Part shown: piece by piece, positions 36,266 to 46,958 of the stretch
How the letters are laid out: each line of letters starts with the position of its first letter
How positions within the stretch are numbered: position 1 is the first letter of the stretch
Assembly: GCA_965644315.1 (NCBI GenBank)
Contig: CBFFRQ010000071.1
Span: 1 to 64,000, forward strand
Origin: Caecitellus pseudoparvulus
Lineage: Eukaryota > Protista > Bigyra: Bicosoecida
DNA length: 64,000 nucleotides
Direction: 5' to 3'
The notes under the pieces: model-generated
Told to the model about the DNA's origin: nothing
The model's input: only the letters and a program-made list of their open reading frames with translations
The model's database searches: none
Position numbers and translations under genes: made by a program

Positions 36266-39200
36266 TCAAATCAAGTCCTCCAAGCCCTCGAACTTGGCTG
36301 CTCGCTGCCTCACCCTATCTGGGATCCTGCGATGCCCTGTGAGGCCCAGCAGCTCACGCACGATGTCTTTGTGGCCCTCGGCGCATGCCGCTCGGAAGGC
36401 GGCCTCAGGCTCCCACACATCCGCCGCGTGCACATCCACTGCCCGCGCCCCAGTCAGGCCCAGCAGCTCACGCACGATGTCTGTGTGGCCCTTCTGGCAT
36501 GCGTATCGGAAAGCGGCCTCGGGTCTACCCCATGCCTCCGCGTGCACATCCACCTCCCGCGCCCCAGTGAGGCCCAGCAGCTGACGCACGATGTCTGTGT
36601 GGCCCCTGGAGCATGCCTCGCGGAAGGCGGCCTCAGGTCCATCATCATCTTCTGCGTGCACATCCACTTCTTGTGCACCAGTGAGGCCCAGCAGCTCACG
36701 CACGATGTCTGTGTGGCCATTGCGGCATGCCCATCGGAAGGCGGCCTCAGGACCATCCCTATCCGCCGCGTGCACATCCACTGCCCGCGCCCCAGTCAGG
36801 CCAAGCAGCTCGCGCACAATGTCTGTGTGGCCTTTCAAGCAAGCCAATCGGAAGGCAGCCTCAGGTCCACCCCCAGTCGCCGCGTGTACATCCACTGCCC
36901 GCGCCCCAGTCAGGCCCAGCAGCTCACGCACGATGTCTGTGTGGCCATACTCGCATGCCTCTCGGAAGGCGGCCTCAGGTCCACCCCTATCCCTTGCGTG
37001 CACATCCACTGCCCGCGCCCCAGTCAGGCCCAGCAGCTCACGCACGATGTCTGTGAAGCCATACACGCATGCCCATCGGAAGGCGGCCTCAGGCCCATCC
37101 TCATCCGCCGCATGCACATCCACTGCCCGCGCCCCAGTCAGGGCCAGCAGCTCACGCACGATGTCTGTGTGGCCCTCGGCGCATGCCCATCGAAAGGCGG
37201 CCTCAGGCCCATCCACATCCGCCGCGTGCACATCCACTGCCCGCGCCCCAGTCAGGGCCAGCAGCTCACGCACGATGTCTGTGTGGCCATTAAAGCATGC
37301 CCATCGGAAGGCGGCCTCAGGGCCCTGTGTGTGATGCCCCGGAATGACCTCAACCTCTCCCGCCGCGTGCACATCCACTGCCTCATCCCCCCTCAACGCA
37401 AGCAGCTCACGCACCCTCGCAAGCGTACCTTCCTCGCACGCATCCACAAATGCAGCCGTGTTCTCATCACTGTAGCAACCCACACCATCGCCCGCCTCTG
37501 ACTGCACAGCCGATGCTCCCCCCCCATCGACACCCCGCACTTCACCTGCACCAGCAGCCGCCTGCTCTCCACCAACCACACTCCGCACAGCACTCTCCAC
37601 ACCTCCCAGACACCCAACACCACCCCCACACACCCCACACGCCACCGCATATGCACCCATGCACCTACCACTCCCGCCTCGCCCCAACACCTCCATCGCC
37701 CCCCACAGTCCATGCTCACCACCTTCACCGCTCCCCACGAAGCTTGACACATCACCCGATACACCACCCTCCCCAACACCTCCCACACCAAGCACCTCAC
37801 GCACCACACCCAACACTCCACCGCCACCACTGCTGCCACCACCATAGGCACCTGCACCCCACGCACCCCCACATGCACTCAACACCACCTCACACCCACA
37901 CCCATCCACCGCCCCCACCAGATTACCCACACTCCCACTCCCCACACCCACCACCACAAAGCTTCCCACACCCACGCCGCTCACATCCACCCCGCACGCC
38001 TCCGCCACAGCACATGCCCCCAGCACCCGCACAGCCACGCGCTGCTTCACACCCACCCCAACATCGCCCCACGCTTCGTCCTCCACGAACGCCCTCAGCG
38101 GCCACCCCGCCTCACACTGCACCTGCACTGCGACACTGCTGCGAACACCCACCGGCTCATCAGCTCGACCAGCTGTACAACTGTGCGCCACCGCTGCCCT
38201 GCGTGGAGTCTGCGCCATGCGCGGCAGGCCATGGGCGATGCGAGCCGCTTCCCCACGCACCACAGCGCCAACACTCGCGGCAAGCGCTGTCGCACCCACC
38301 TCAACGCTTGCTGCCCACTGATCCACATAGTCAGCTCCTCCAACATCTTCTGCGTCGACATGGCTCCTTGACTGGAACACACTCACACCCACGCCGTTCA
38401 GGCACGACAAGCCGCCCGCCAAGTCCAGCCCACACACACCCCTCACCTTCCGACCACTCATCACCGGCGCACCCCCCAACAGCCCACGCAGCTCCTCCAC
38501 CGCACTCGCAGCACACTCCAGATGCTCCGCAGCACTCTCACTCCTCAGCTCGCCCGCCGCCTCGCCTCGCAGCCAACCAGCCTGCTGCCGTAGCCCAGCC
38601 AGAGCCGCATCCATCGCTGCCTCGCCACCAGCATCATGTGTGACAGGACCACTTTCACCAGCCACATCCACATCCGCCACCTCAAAGCCTTGCCACCATC
38701 GCGTCAGGTCAGCCAGCGCACCCTCCAACTTCACACCGCCCCGCACACTGCCCCAAGCACCCACAATGGCGCCCCACAGCGCGCCCCCCTCCGGCACTGC
38801 ATCCACACTCACACCGCTCGCCGCCTGGCACAGCACATCCACCGCGGCGAAGCACCGGAACGACAGGTACTGCAGCGCAGCACACACGTCATCCCGCTCA
38901 CGCTGCCCCGCCAACGCCCCAGCCTGCTCCAACAGCGCACCCCCCGCATCACGCAGTGCGCCCTCCAGCTCCACCAGGCTCATGGCACATGGGGCGACGT
39001 CCTCTGCAGCAGGCGTCTCGCCTCGCCCAATGGCTGCCAGTCCTCGCAGTGCTGGGCCGTGCTCCATGACGCTGCCCGGCAGGCACTGCATCTTGCGCAA
39101 GCATGCCGCCACCACCTCAGCCTGCGTGCCATGGACGCCTGCAGTGGCTGCTGCACTGCCTTCCCTGCCTTGCCCTGACGCGGCTGCCTGTGGCGGTGGG

Positions 39201-39292
39201 GCGAGGGGCGGGGCGCTGTGTGGCATGGTGTGTGGGCCATGTGCGCTGTCGCAAGTGCTGGCGATAGTCAGGCGCCATGTCCACACCGCCAC
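36266..39292 (-). CDS. Ankyrin-repeat protein, copy 1 (N-cap + 9 repeats of 38 aa); probably has extra 5' exons
   Basis: Repeats DVHAxDxxGPEAAFRxACxxGHTDIVRELLGLTGARAV match the ankyrin pattern. ~600-aa conserved N-terminal region. No ATG at the ORF start. Confidence 0.9.
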   Translation of the reverse strand: MAVWTWRLTIASTCDSAHGPHTMPHSAPPLAPPPQAAASGQGREGSAAATAGVHGTQAEVVAACLRKMQCLPGSVMEHGPALRGLAAIGRGETPAAEDVAPCAMSLVELEGALRDAGGALLEQAGALAGQRERDDVCAALQYLSFRCFAAVDVLCQAASGVSVDAVPEGGALWGAIVGAWGSVRGGVKLEGALADLTRWWQGFEVADVDVAGESGPVTHDAGGEAAMDAALAGLRQQAGWLRGEAAGELRSESAAEHLECAASAVEELRGLLGGAPVMSGRKVRGVCGLDLAGGLSCLNGVGVSVFQSRSHVDAEDVGGADYVDQWAASVEVGATALAASVGAVVRGEAARIAHGLPRMAQTPRRAAVAHSCTAGRADEPVGVRSSVAVQVQCEAGWPLRAFVEDEAWGDVGVGVKQRVAVRVLGACAVAEACGVDVSGVGVGSFVVVGVGSGSVGNLVGAVDGCGCEVVLSACGGAWGAGAYGGGSSGGGGVLGVVREVLGVGGVGEGGVSGDVSSFVGSGEGGEHGLWGAMEVLGRGGSGRCMGAYAVACGVCGGGVGCLGGVESAVRSVVGGEQAAAGAGEVRGVDGGGASAVQSEAGDGVGCYSDENTAAFVDACEEGTLARVRELLALRGDEAVDVHAAGEVEVIPGHHTQGPEAAFRWACFNGHTDIVRELLALTGARAVDVHAADVDGPEAAFRWACAEGHTDIVRELLALTGARAVDVHAADEDGPEAAFRWACVYGFTDIVRELLGLTGARAVDVHARDRGGPEAAFREACEYGHTDIVRELLGLTGARAVDVHAATGGGPEAAFRLACLKGHTDIVRELLGLTGARAVDVHAADRDGPEAAFRWACRNGHTDIVRELLGLTGAQEVDVHAEDDDGPEAAFREACSRGHTDIVRQLLGLTGAREVDVHAEAWGRPEAAFRYACQKGHTDIVRELLGLTGARAVDVHAADVWEPEAAFRAACAEGHKDIVRELLGLTGHRRIPDRVRQRAAKFEGLEDLI

Positions 39293-39958
39293 CCACGCAC
39301 CATGGCGATGAATGGCAGGGGGGTCTGCTCAAGCGCCTAGCCCTGTGCAGCGCGATCCTGCGGTGGGCAGGCAGTGGGCAGGTGTGCTGGCGTGGCGCGG
39401 GAGGTGTTGTCGCGGTCTGCGTGGGGGGGCGCAACTTCCGCACTTGCACCGCCCCGTGCACGCTCACCTGTCGCGGCGGTGCTGCAGGTCAGGCCCCAGG
39501 AGCACGCATGTGGCGCAGGTCAAGCATCATGCAGGCGTGTGCGTGGTGGGTGGTGGGGGAGTAATGTGAGGCACCTGGGCTGTGTGTGTGTGTGGGTGGT
39601 CGGGACACCCCCCCCCCACACCCCCCTCCAGCTTGCACCCCCCTGACGCAAGTGTCCACAGTCGCCGCCACCGCCATGCTCACCACGGCCATGCCCAGTG
39701 TGCTGCACACGAGCACGCAGTGCAACGGGTGTCATGGCGTGCGGGGTGGCAGGCGGCAGCTTCGGCCACCCTGCGGTGCGGTGGTGTGGGGCTGGTCTGG
39801 GCAGTCAGCGGCGGGGCGACAAGTTGCCTGACGACGCAGGTGTGGTGTGTGGGTCCGGCCGGCGGCGTGGTCGCCCCAGTCGGCCTGTGAGCCGGATGGC
39901 GTAGGCAGCAGCAGCACAGGCGGCAGTGGGCGAGTGGGGGGGGGGGGCCGGCACACAG

Positions 39959-40190
39959 GACGGTGCAGGCGGCGGGGGTGGCGCCAGTGATGTGCATGGT
40001 GACGGTGCGGGCGGCGGGGGTGGCGCCAGTGATGTGCATGGTGACGGTGCGGGCGGCGGGGGTGGCGCCAGTGATGTGCATGGTGACGGTGCGGGCGGCG
40101 GGGGTGGCGCCACTGATGTGCATGGTGACGGGGCGGGCGGCGGGGGTGGCGCCAGTGATGTGCATGGTGACGGTGCGGGCGGCGGGGGCG
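39959..40190. repeat. 42-bp VNTR, 5 copies (1 copy at ~45290, 5 at ~50335-50545, 2 at ~55447-55530)
   Basis: Unit GACGGTGCGGGCGGCGGGGGTGGCGCCAGTGATGTGCATGGT; copy number differs among array units. Confidence 0.92.
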
Positions 40191-40469
40191 CTGGCATGGT
40201 GCTGGGCGGCGGCAGGGCGGTGTGGCAGGACGCACTCACGCCCACGCCCCGCACACGCCCCGCTGCACCACTGTGCCTGCGCCTTGGTGTGGCTGGCCGC
40301 CGAGGCCGCAGCACGTGGCTATGCGGCAGCGGCCCCCGCCACTCTGCGCCATGTGGGCAGTGCTGGGGCACCCTGTGACGTGTAGCAAGGGCGGTCGCCC
40401 GAGGGTGGGTGTGTGGTGGGGGGGTGTGCAGGGGGGTGCATTGGGAGGTGTCCCGACACGCGTGGGGAG

Positions 40470-41795
40470 TCATGGCCGGCGTCGTGGCGGGTGGCGCTGC
40501 CGTGCGGGTGCAGGGTGGACAGGGGGGTGAGTTGGAGGGCGGCAGGTGTGGCAGGGGTGTGTGTGCGGGTGGGGGTGGGGTGGCGGGGTGGCACTGGCGC
40601 CCGCTTGTGCGCCCCCCCCCACATGGGCCAAGCGCCTGGCACGGTCGCGCTGCCGGGCGCCCAGCGGCGCACCACACTGCCACGACTCGCCCCACCTGCA
40701 TGACACGTGTCCGCATGCTGGGCAGTCCGGGGCGGCGCCAGGCGGGGCGGCGGCGTGTCGGCCAGGCGCCAAGCAAGCCCCACTGCGGAGCTTGCACCGC
40801 ACAGCCACCAAGGCATCCGCCGCTGTACAGCCTGCTGCGCTTTTGGTCGACTTCACGTGCACGACGATGTATTGCCCGGCAGCACGCTCGCCGAGTGCCT
40901 CCGCGCCCAAGTCGCCGGTGCGCCGGAGTCGCGGCACAAGCGGCACTGACTCCAGCTCGCTCAGTGCGTCGACCAGCCTAGCCGGGTTCACCTGCTCCCT
41001 GTGCCCATCCGACTCATCCCCGCCGGAGCCCTCCCCACCCACCACACCTGCAACGTCGCTGTCAGTCACCGCCGCAATGCGCCGCGCCAGCTGCTCCGCT
41101 GTCGGCGTCCCATCCGCTCCCCGCACCGCTGATGCGTAGGTGGCCAGAGCGCTGGCCGACAGCGACGCCCTAGCCCGCAGCATGCCCCGCATGGCGGACC
41201 TCAAGATGTGCTTGGGTACGCGTCGAGCCGCTGCAGAGCTCATCGCAGCCGCCCGCCCCACACGGGCCTGTCGTAGCTTGCGCGAGAGAGCGCTGCGCCG
41301 AGTGGTCGCAGCGGCGGCGTCCTTGGGCTTGGTCAGCCGATCCAGCACACGTTCCCGGAGTGCACGGGGCTTCAGCGCCCCAGAGGCTTCTTTGTTTGAC
41401 GTTTTCAGGGCCTTCAACACTGCCTCCGGCAGCGCGGCCCTGCCTTGCTTCGCACCGACCGCCGAGTCGGCAACGGGCAACGATCCAGTTTCCGCAGGGT
41501 TCCCATCGCCTCCTCCCTCCCCGCTCCGCGCCATGGCCACCTGGTCTGCCAGCCACTCCTCCCCGTTTAGCCGCAGTAATATCTCTGCTCTAGAGGCCAA
41601 TCCTGGCGACAGCTGCAGGGCTGACGCTGAGTGCCGAGCTGTATCGAAGAAGACGACGTTGGTGGCTCCTGCCGCAGCAGCTTCGGCCAACAGACCCTCC
41701 AGCTGTGCTCTGCGGGCAGACAGCATGCTGAGGGGGGCAGGCGCACAGACCAGGGTGTCGGGCCTGACCTCCTGGCCTGACCGCTCCCCCGCCAT
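40470..41795 (-). CDS. 5' partial copy of gene X (open frame; truncated gene, pseudogene or first exon of a chimera)
   Basis: Collinear with gene X for ~390 codons from the ATG at 41795, then homology is lost near 40625. Confidence 0.55.
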   Translation of the reverse strand: MAGERSGQEVRPDTLVCAPAPLSMLSARRAQLEGLLAEAAAAGATNVVFFDTARHSASALQLSPGLASRAEILLRLNGEEWLADQVAMARSGEGGGDGNPAETGSLPVADSAVGAKQGRAALPEAVLKALKTSNKEASGALKPRALRERVLDRLTKPKDAAAATTRRSALSRKLRQARVGRAAAMSSAAARRVPKHILRSAMRGMLRARASLSASALATYASAVRGADGTPTAEQLARRIAAVTDSDVAGVVGGEGSGGDESDGHREQVNPARLVDALSELESVPLVPRLRRTGDLGAEALGERAAGQYIVVHVKSTKSAAGCTAADALVAVRCKLRSGACLAPGRHAAAPPGAAPDCPACGHVSCRWGESWQCGAPLGARQRDRARRLAHVGGGAQAGASATPPPHPHPHTHPCHTCRPPTHPPVHPAPARQRHPPRRRP

Positions 41796-42057
41796 GGCCC
41801 CTCCTGTGTCGGCAGCGGCGGCGGTGTGCGATGCGTTTCGCTTGATTTCGGAGCGCAGCCAGATCAAGCGACGTGAGGGGGGGGACCTGGCCAACCGCAC
41901 ACCAGCACAAGGCAAGGCACATCGACATGGCATATCCTTGGTCAGTGCCATGCCAGGGATGTCAATTGTGTCGGGCTCCGCTGGAAGTGGGTGTCCTGAG
42001 CTACGGCGTGAGCCAGGTTCGTCACAAGCTGCATTGGTCTGTGCTTGGTGCCGGGCA

Positions 42058-44631
42058 TCAGATCAAGTGCTTCAAGGTTTCGAACTTAGCGGCTTCCTGC
42101 CGCATACTGTCGGGGATCCTGCGATCACCCGTCAGGCCCAGCAGCTCACGCACGATGTCTGTGTGGCCATACACGCATGCCCATCGGAAGGCGGCCTCAG
42201 GTCCACCCCATGCTGCCGCATGCACATCCACTGCCCGCGCCCCAGTCAGACCCAGCAGCTCACGCACGATGTCTGTGTGGCCCATTCGGCATGCCCATCG
42301 GAAGCCCGCCTCAGGTCCATCCTCATCCGCCGCGTGTACATCCACTGCCCGCGCCCCAGTCAGGCCCAGCAGCTCACGCACGATGTCTGTTTTGCCCATT
42401 GTGCATGCCACTCGAAAGGCGGACTCAGGTCCACCCCTGTCCGCCGCGTGCACATCCACTGCCCGCGCCCCAGTCAGGCCCAACAGCTCACGCACGATGT
42501 CTGTGTGGCCATTGGCGCATGCCACTCGGAAGGCGGCCTCAGGTCCATACACATCCGCCGCGTGCACATCCACTGCCCGCGCCCCAGTCAGGCCCAGTAG
42601 CTCACGCACGATGTCTGTGTGGCCCTTGGCACATGCCCATCGGAAGGCGGCCTCAGGTCCCTGGCTGTGAAGCCATGTGCTGATCTTAACCTCTCCCGCC
42701 GCGTGCACATCCACTGCCTCATCCCCCATCAACGCAAGCAGCTCACGCACCCTCGCAAGCGTCCCTTCCTTGCACGCCTCCACAAATGCAACCGTGTTCT
42801 CATCACTGTAGCTTTCCACAGCAACGCCCGTCTCTGACTGTACAACCGATGCTCCCCCCCCATCGACATCCTGCACTTCACCAGCACCAGCAACCGCCTG
42901 CTCTCCATCAACCACACTCCGCACAGCACTCTCCACACCTTCCAGACACCCAACACCACCCCCACACGCCCCACACGCCACCGCATACGCACCCATGCAC
43001 CTACCACTCCCGCCTCGCCCCAACACCTCCATCGCCCCCCACAGTCCATGCTCACCACCTTCACCGCTCCCCACGAAGCTTGACACATCGCCCGACCCAC
43101 CACCCTCACCAACACCTCCCACGCCAAGCACCTCACGCACCACACCCAACACTCCACCGCCACCACTGCTACTGCCACCACCACAGGCACCTGCACCCCA
43201 CACACCCCCACATGCACTCAACACCACCTCACACCCACACCCATCCACCGCCCCCACCAGATCACCCACACTCCCACTCCCCACACCCACCACCACAAAG
43301 CTCCCCACACCCACACCGCTCACATCCACACCACACGCCTCCGCCACAGCACATGCCCCCAGCACCCGCACAGCCACGCGCTGCCTCACACCCACCCCAA
43401 CATCGCCCCACGCTTCATCCTCCACGAACACCCTCAGCGGCCACCCCGCCTCACACTGCACCTGCACCGTGACACTGCTGCGAACACCAACCGGCTCGTC
43501 ATCTCGACCAGCTGTACAACTGTGCGCCACCGCTGCCCTGCGTGGAGTCTGCGCCATGCGCGGCAGGCCACGGGCGATGCGAGCCGCTTCGCCACGCACC
43601 ACGGCGCCAACACTTGCAGCAAGCGCCCTCGCACCCGCACCCACACTCCCTGCCCACTGCTCCACATCCTCAGCCCTATCGATATCTTCATCCACGATCT
43701 CAACCCGACCACTGTACACACTCACACCCACGCCGTTCAGGCACGACAAGCCACTCGACAAGTCCAGCCCACCCACACCCCTCACCTTCCGACCACTCAT
43801 CACCGGCGCACACCCCAACACACCACGCAGCTCCTCCACCGCACTCGCAGCACACTCCAGATGCTCCGCAGCACTCTCACTCCTCAGCTCGCCCGCCGCC
43901 TCGCCTCGCAGCCAACCAGCCTGCTGCCGTAGCCCAGCCAGAGCCGCATCCACCGCTGCCTCGCCACCAGCATCATGTGTGAGTGGGCTACTCTCACAAG
44001 CCACATCCACATCCGCCACCTCAAAGCCTTGCCACCATCGCGTCAGGTCAGCCAGCGCACCCTCCAACTTCACACCGCTCCGCACACTGCCCCAAGCACC
44101 CACAATGGCACCCCACACTGCGCCCCCCTCCGGCACTGCATCCACACTCACACCGCTCCCCGCCTGGCACAGCACATCCACCGCGGCGAAGCACCGGAAC
44201 GACAGGTACTGCAGCGCAGCACACACGTCATCCCGCTCACGCTGCCCCGCCAACGCCCCAGCCTGCTCCAACAGCGCACCCCCCGCATCACGCAGTGCGC
44301 CCTCCAGCTCCACCAGGCCCATGGCACATGGGGCGACGTCCTCTGCAGCAGGCGTCTCGCCACGCCCAATGGCTGCCAGTCCTCGCACTGCTGGGCCGTG
44401 GTCCATGACGCTGCCCGGCAAGCACTTCATCTTGCGCAAGCATGCCGCCGTCACCTCAGCCTGGGTGCCATGGACGCCTGCAGTGGCTGCTGCACTGCCT
44501 TCCCTGCCTTGCCCTGACGCGGCTGCCTGTGGCGGTGGGGCGAGGGGCGGGGCGCTGTGTGGCATGGTGTGTGGGCCATGTGCGCTGTCGCAAGTGCTGG
44601 CGATAGTCAGGCGCCATGTCCACACCGCCAC
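42058..44631 (-). CDS. Ankyrin-repeat protein, copy 2 (N-cap + 5 repeats)
   Basis: Same architecture as copy 1; intact ORF. Confidence 0.9.
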   Translation of the reverse strand: MAVWTWRLTIASTCDSAHGPHTMPHSAPPLAPPPQAAASGQGREGSAAATAGVHGTQAEVTAACLRKMKCLPGSVMDHGPAVRGLAAIGRGETPAAEDVAPCAMGLVELEGALRDAGGALLEQAGALAGQRERDDVCAALQYLSFRCFAAVDVLCQAGSGVSVDAVPEGGAVWGAIVGAWGSVRSGVKLEGALADLTRWWQGFEVADVDVACESSPLTHDAGGEAAVDAALAGLRQQAGWLRGEAAGELRSESAAEHLECAASAVEELRGVLGCAPVMSGRKVRGVGGLDLSSGLSCLNGVGVSVYSGRVEIVDEDIDRAEDVEQWAGSVGAGARALAASVGAVVRGEAARIARGLPRMAQTPRRAAVAHSCTAGRDDEPVGVRSSVTVQVQCEAGWPLRVFVEDEAWGDVGVGVRQRVAVRVLGACAVAEACGVDVSGVGVGSFVVVGVGSGSVGDLVGAVDGCGCEVVLSACGGVWGAGACGGGSSSGGGGVLGVVREVLGVGGVGEGGGSGDVSSFVGSGEGGEHGLWGAMEVLGRGGSGRCMGAYAVACGACGGGVGCLEGVESAVRSVVDGEQAVAGAGEVQDVDGGGASVVQSETGVAVESYSDENTVAFVEACKEGTLARVRELLALMGDEAVDVHAAGEVKISTWLHSQGPEAAFRWACAKGHTDIVRELLGLTGARAVDVHAADVYGPEAAFRVACANGHTDIVRELLGLTGARAVDVHAADRGGPESAFRVACTMGKTDIVRELLGLTGARAVDVHAADEDGPEAGFRWACRMGHTDIVRELLGLTGARAVDVHAAAWGGPEAAFRWACVYGHTDIVRELLGLTGDRRIPDSMRQEAAKFETLKHLI

Positions 44632-45632
44632 CCACGCACCATGGCGATGAATGGCAGGGGGGTCTGCTCAAGCGCCTAGCCCTGTGCAGCGCGATCCTGC
44701 GGTGGGCAGGCAGTGGGCAGGTGTGCTGGCGTGGCGCGGGAGGTGTTGTCGCGGTCTGCGTGGGGGGGCGCAACTTCCGCACTTGCACCGCCCCGTGCAC
44801 GCTCACCTGTCGCGGCGGTGCTGCAGGTCAGGCCCCAGGAGCACGCATGTGGCGCAGGTCAAGCATCATGCAGGCGTGTGCGTGGTGGGTGGTGGGGGAG
44901 TAATGTGAGGCACCTGGGCTGTGTGTGTGGGTGGTCGGGACACCCCCCCCACACCCCCCTCCAACTTGCACCCCCCTGACGCAAGTGTCCACAGTCGCCG
45001 CCACCGCCATGCTCACCACGGCCATGCCCAGTGTGCTGCACACGAGCACGCAGTGCAACGGGCGTCATGGCGTGCGGGGTGGCAGGCGGCAGCTTCGGCC
45101 ACCCTGCGACGCGGTGGTGTGGGGCTGGTCTGGGCAGTCAGCGGCGGGGCGACAAGTTGCCTGACGACGAAGGTGTGGTGTGTGGGTCCGGCCGGCGGCG
45201 TGGTCGCCCCAGTCGGCCCGTGAGCCGGATGGCGTGGGCAGCAGCAGCACAGGCGGCAGTGGGCGAGTGGGGGGGGGGGGCGGCACACAGGACGGTGCAG
45301 GCGGCGGGGGTGGCGCCAGTGATGTGCATGGTGACGGTGCAGGCGGCGGGGGCGCTGGCATGGTGCTGGGCGGCGGCAGGGCGGTGTGGCAGGACGCACT
45401 CACGCCCACGCCCCGCACACGCCCCGCTGCACCACTGTGCCTGCGCCTTGGTGTGGCTGGCCGCCGTGGCCGCAGCACGTGGCTATGCGGCAGTGGGCCT
45501 CACCACAGTGCGCCATGGCGGCAGTGCTGGGGCACCCTGTGACGTGTAGCAAGGGCGGTCGCCCGAGGGTGGGTGTGTGGTGGGGGGGTGTGTGGCGTGT
45601 GCATTGGGAGGTGTCCAGACACGCGTGGGGAG

Positions 45633-46958
45633 TCATGGCCGGCGTCGTGGCGGGTGGACCTGCCGTGCGGGTGCAGGATGGACAGGGGGGTGAGTTGGAG
45701 GGCGGCAGGTGTGGCAGGGGTGTGTGTGCGGGTGGGGGTGGGGTGGCGTGGTGGCACTGGCGCCCGCTTGTGCGCCCCCCCCCACATGGGCCAAGCGCCT
45801 GGCACGGTCGCGCTGCCGGGCGCCCAGCGGCGCACCACACTGCCACGACTCGCCCCACCTGCATGACACGTGTCCGCATGCTGGGCAGTCCGGGGCGGCG
45901 CCAGGCGGGGTGGCGGCGTGTCGGCCCGGCGCCAAGCAAGCCCCACTGCGCAGCTTGCACCGCACAGCCACCAAGGCATCCGCCGTTGTGCAGCCTGCTG
46001 CGCTTTTGGCCGACTTCACGTGCACGACGATGTATTGCCCTGCAGCACGCTCGCAGAGTGCCTCGGCGCCCAAGTCGCCGGTGCGCCGGAGTCGCGGCAC
46101 AAGCGGCACTGACTCCAACTCGCTCAGTGCGGCGGCCAGCCTAGCCGGGTTCACCTGCTCTCTGTGCCCATCACACTCATCCCCGCCGGAGCCCTCCCCA
46201 CCCACCACACCTGCACCGTCGCTGTCAGCCACCCCCGCAATGTGCCGCGCCAGCTGCTCCGCTGTCGGCGTCCCATCCGCTCCCCGCACCGCTGATGCGT
46301 AGGTGGCCAGAGCGCTGGCTGACGGCGACGCGCCAGCCCGCAGCATGCCCCGCATGGCGGACCTCAAGATGTGCTTGGGTACGCGTCGAGCCGCTGCAGA
46401 GCTCATCGCAGCCGCCCGCCCCACACGGGCCTGTCGCAGCTTGCGCGAGAGAGCGCTGCGCCGAGTGGTCCCAGCGACGGCGTCCTTGGGCTTGGTCAGC
46501 CGATCCAGCACACGTTCCCGGAGTGCACGGGGCTTCAGCGCACCAGAGGCTTCTTTACCTGACGCGTGCAGGGCCTTCAACACTGCCTCCGGCAGCGCGG
46601 CCTTGCCTTGCTTCGCACCGACCGCCGAGTCGGCAACGGGCAGCGGTCCAGTTTCCGCACCGCCCCCCTCGCCGCCCCTCTCCCCGCTCCGCGCCATGGC
46701 CACCTGGTCTGCCAGCCACTCCTCCCCGTTCAGCCGCAGTAATATCTCTGCTCTAGAGGCCAATCCTGGCGACAGCTCCAGGGCTGACGCTGAGTGCCGA
46801 GCTGTATCGAAGGATACAACGTTGGTGGCTCCTGCCGCAGCAGCCTCGGCCAGCAGGCCCTCCAGCTGTGCTCTGCGGGCAGACAGCATGCTGAGGGGGG
46901 CAGGCGCACAGACCAGGGTGTCGCGCCTGCCCTCCTGGCCTGACCGCTCCACCGCCAT
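45633..46958 (-). CDS. 5' partial copy of gene X
   Basis: As for the first partial copy; ATG at 46958; no stops in the homologous part. Confidence 0.55.
   Translation of the reverse strand: MAVERSGQEGRRDTLVCAPAPLSMLSARRAQLEGLLAEAAAAGATNVVSFDTARHSASALELSPGLASRAEILLRLNGEEWLADQVAMARSGERGGEGGGAETGPLPVADSAVGAKQGKAALPEAVLKALHASGKEASGALKPRALRERVLDRLTKPKDAVAGTTRRSALSRKLRQARVGRAAAMSSAAARRVPKHILRSAMRGMLRAGASPSASALATYASAVRGADGTPTAEQLARHIAGVADSDGAGVVGGEGSGGDECDGHREQVNPARLAAALSELESVPLVPRLRRTGDLGAEALCERAAGQYIVVHVKSAKSAAGCTTADALVAVRCKLRSGACLAPGRHAATPPGAAPDCPACGHVSCRWGESWQCGAPLGARQRDRARRLAHVGGGAQAGASATTPPHPHPHTHPCHTCRPPTHPPVHPAPARQVHPPRRRP

Noticed and set aside
36340-37375. CRISPR-like array (constant blocks alternating with variable blocks)
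   Set aside because: The 114-bp period is in-frame coding ankyrin sequence; the variable blocks are a few homologous codons, not unique spacers; eukaryotic context and no cas genes.
36340-37375. TALE-like DNA-binding repeats with RVD code
   Set aside because: The repeat consensus is ankyrin-like (ACxxGHxDIVRELL, DVHA), not TALE. Variable sites fit the ankyrin protein-binding surface, though nucleic-acid binding cannot be formally excluded.
36155-38643. Plus-strand His/Cys/Pro-rich repetitive ORFs over the ankyrin genes (and equivalents in other units)
   Set aside because: Antisense products of the G/T-biased, repetitive ankyrin coding strand; their extents are not conserved among units.
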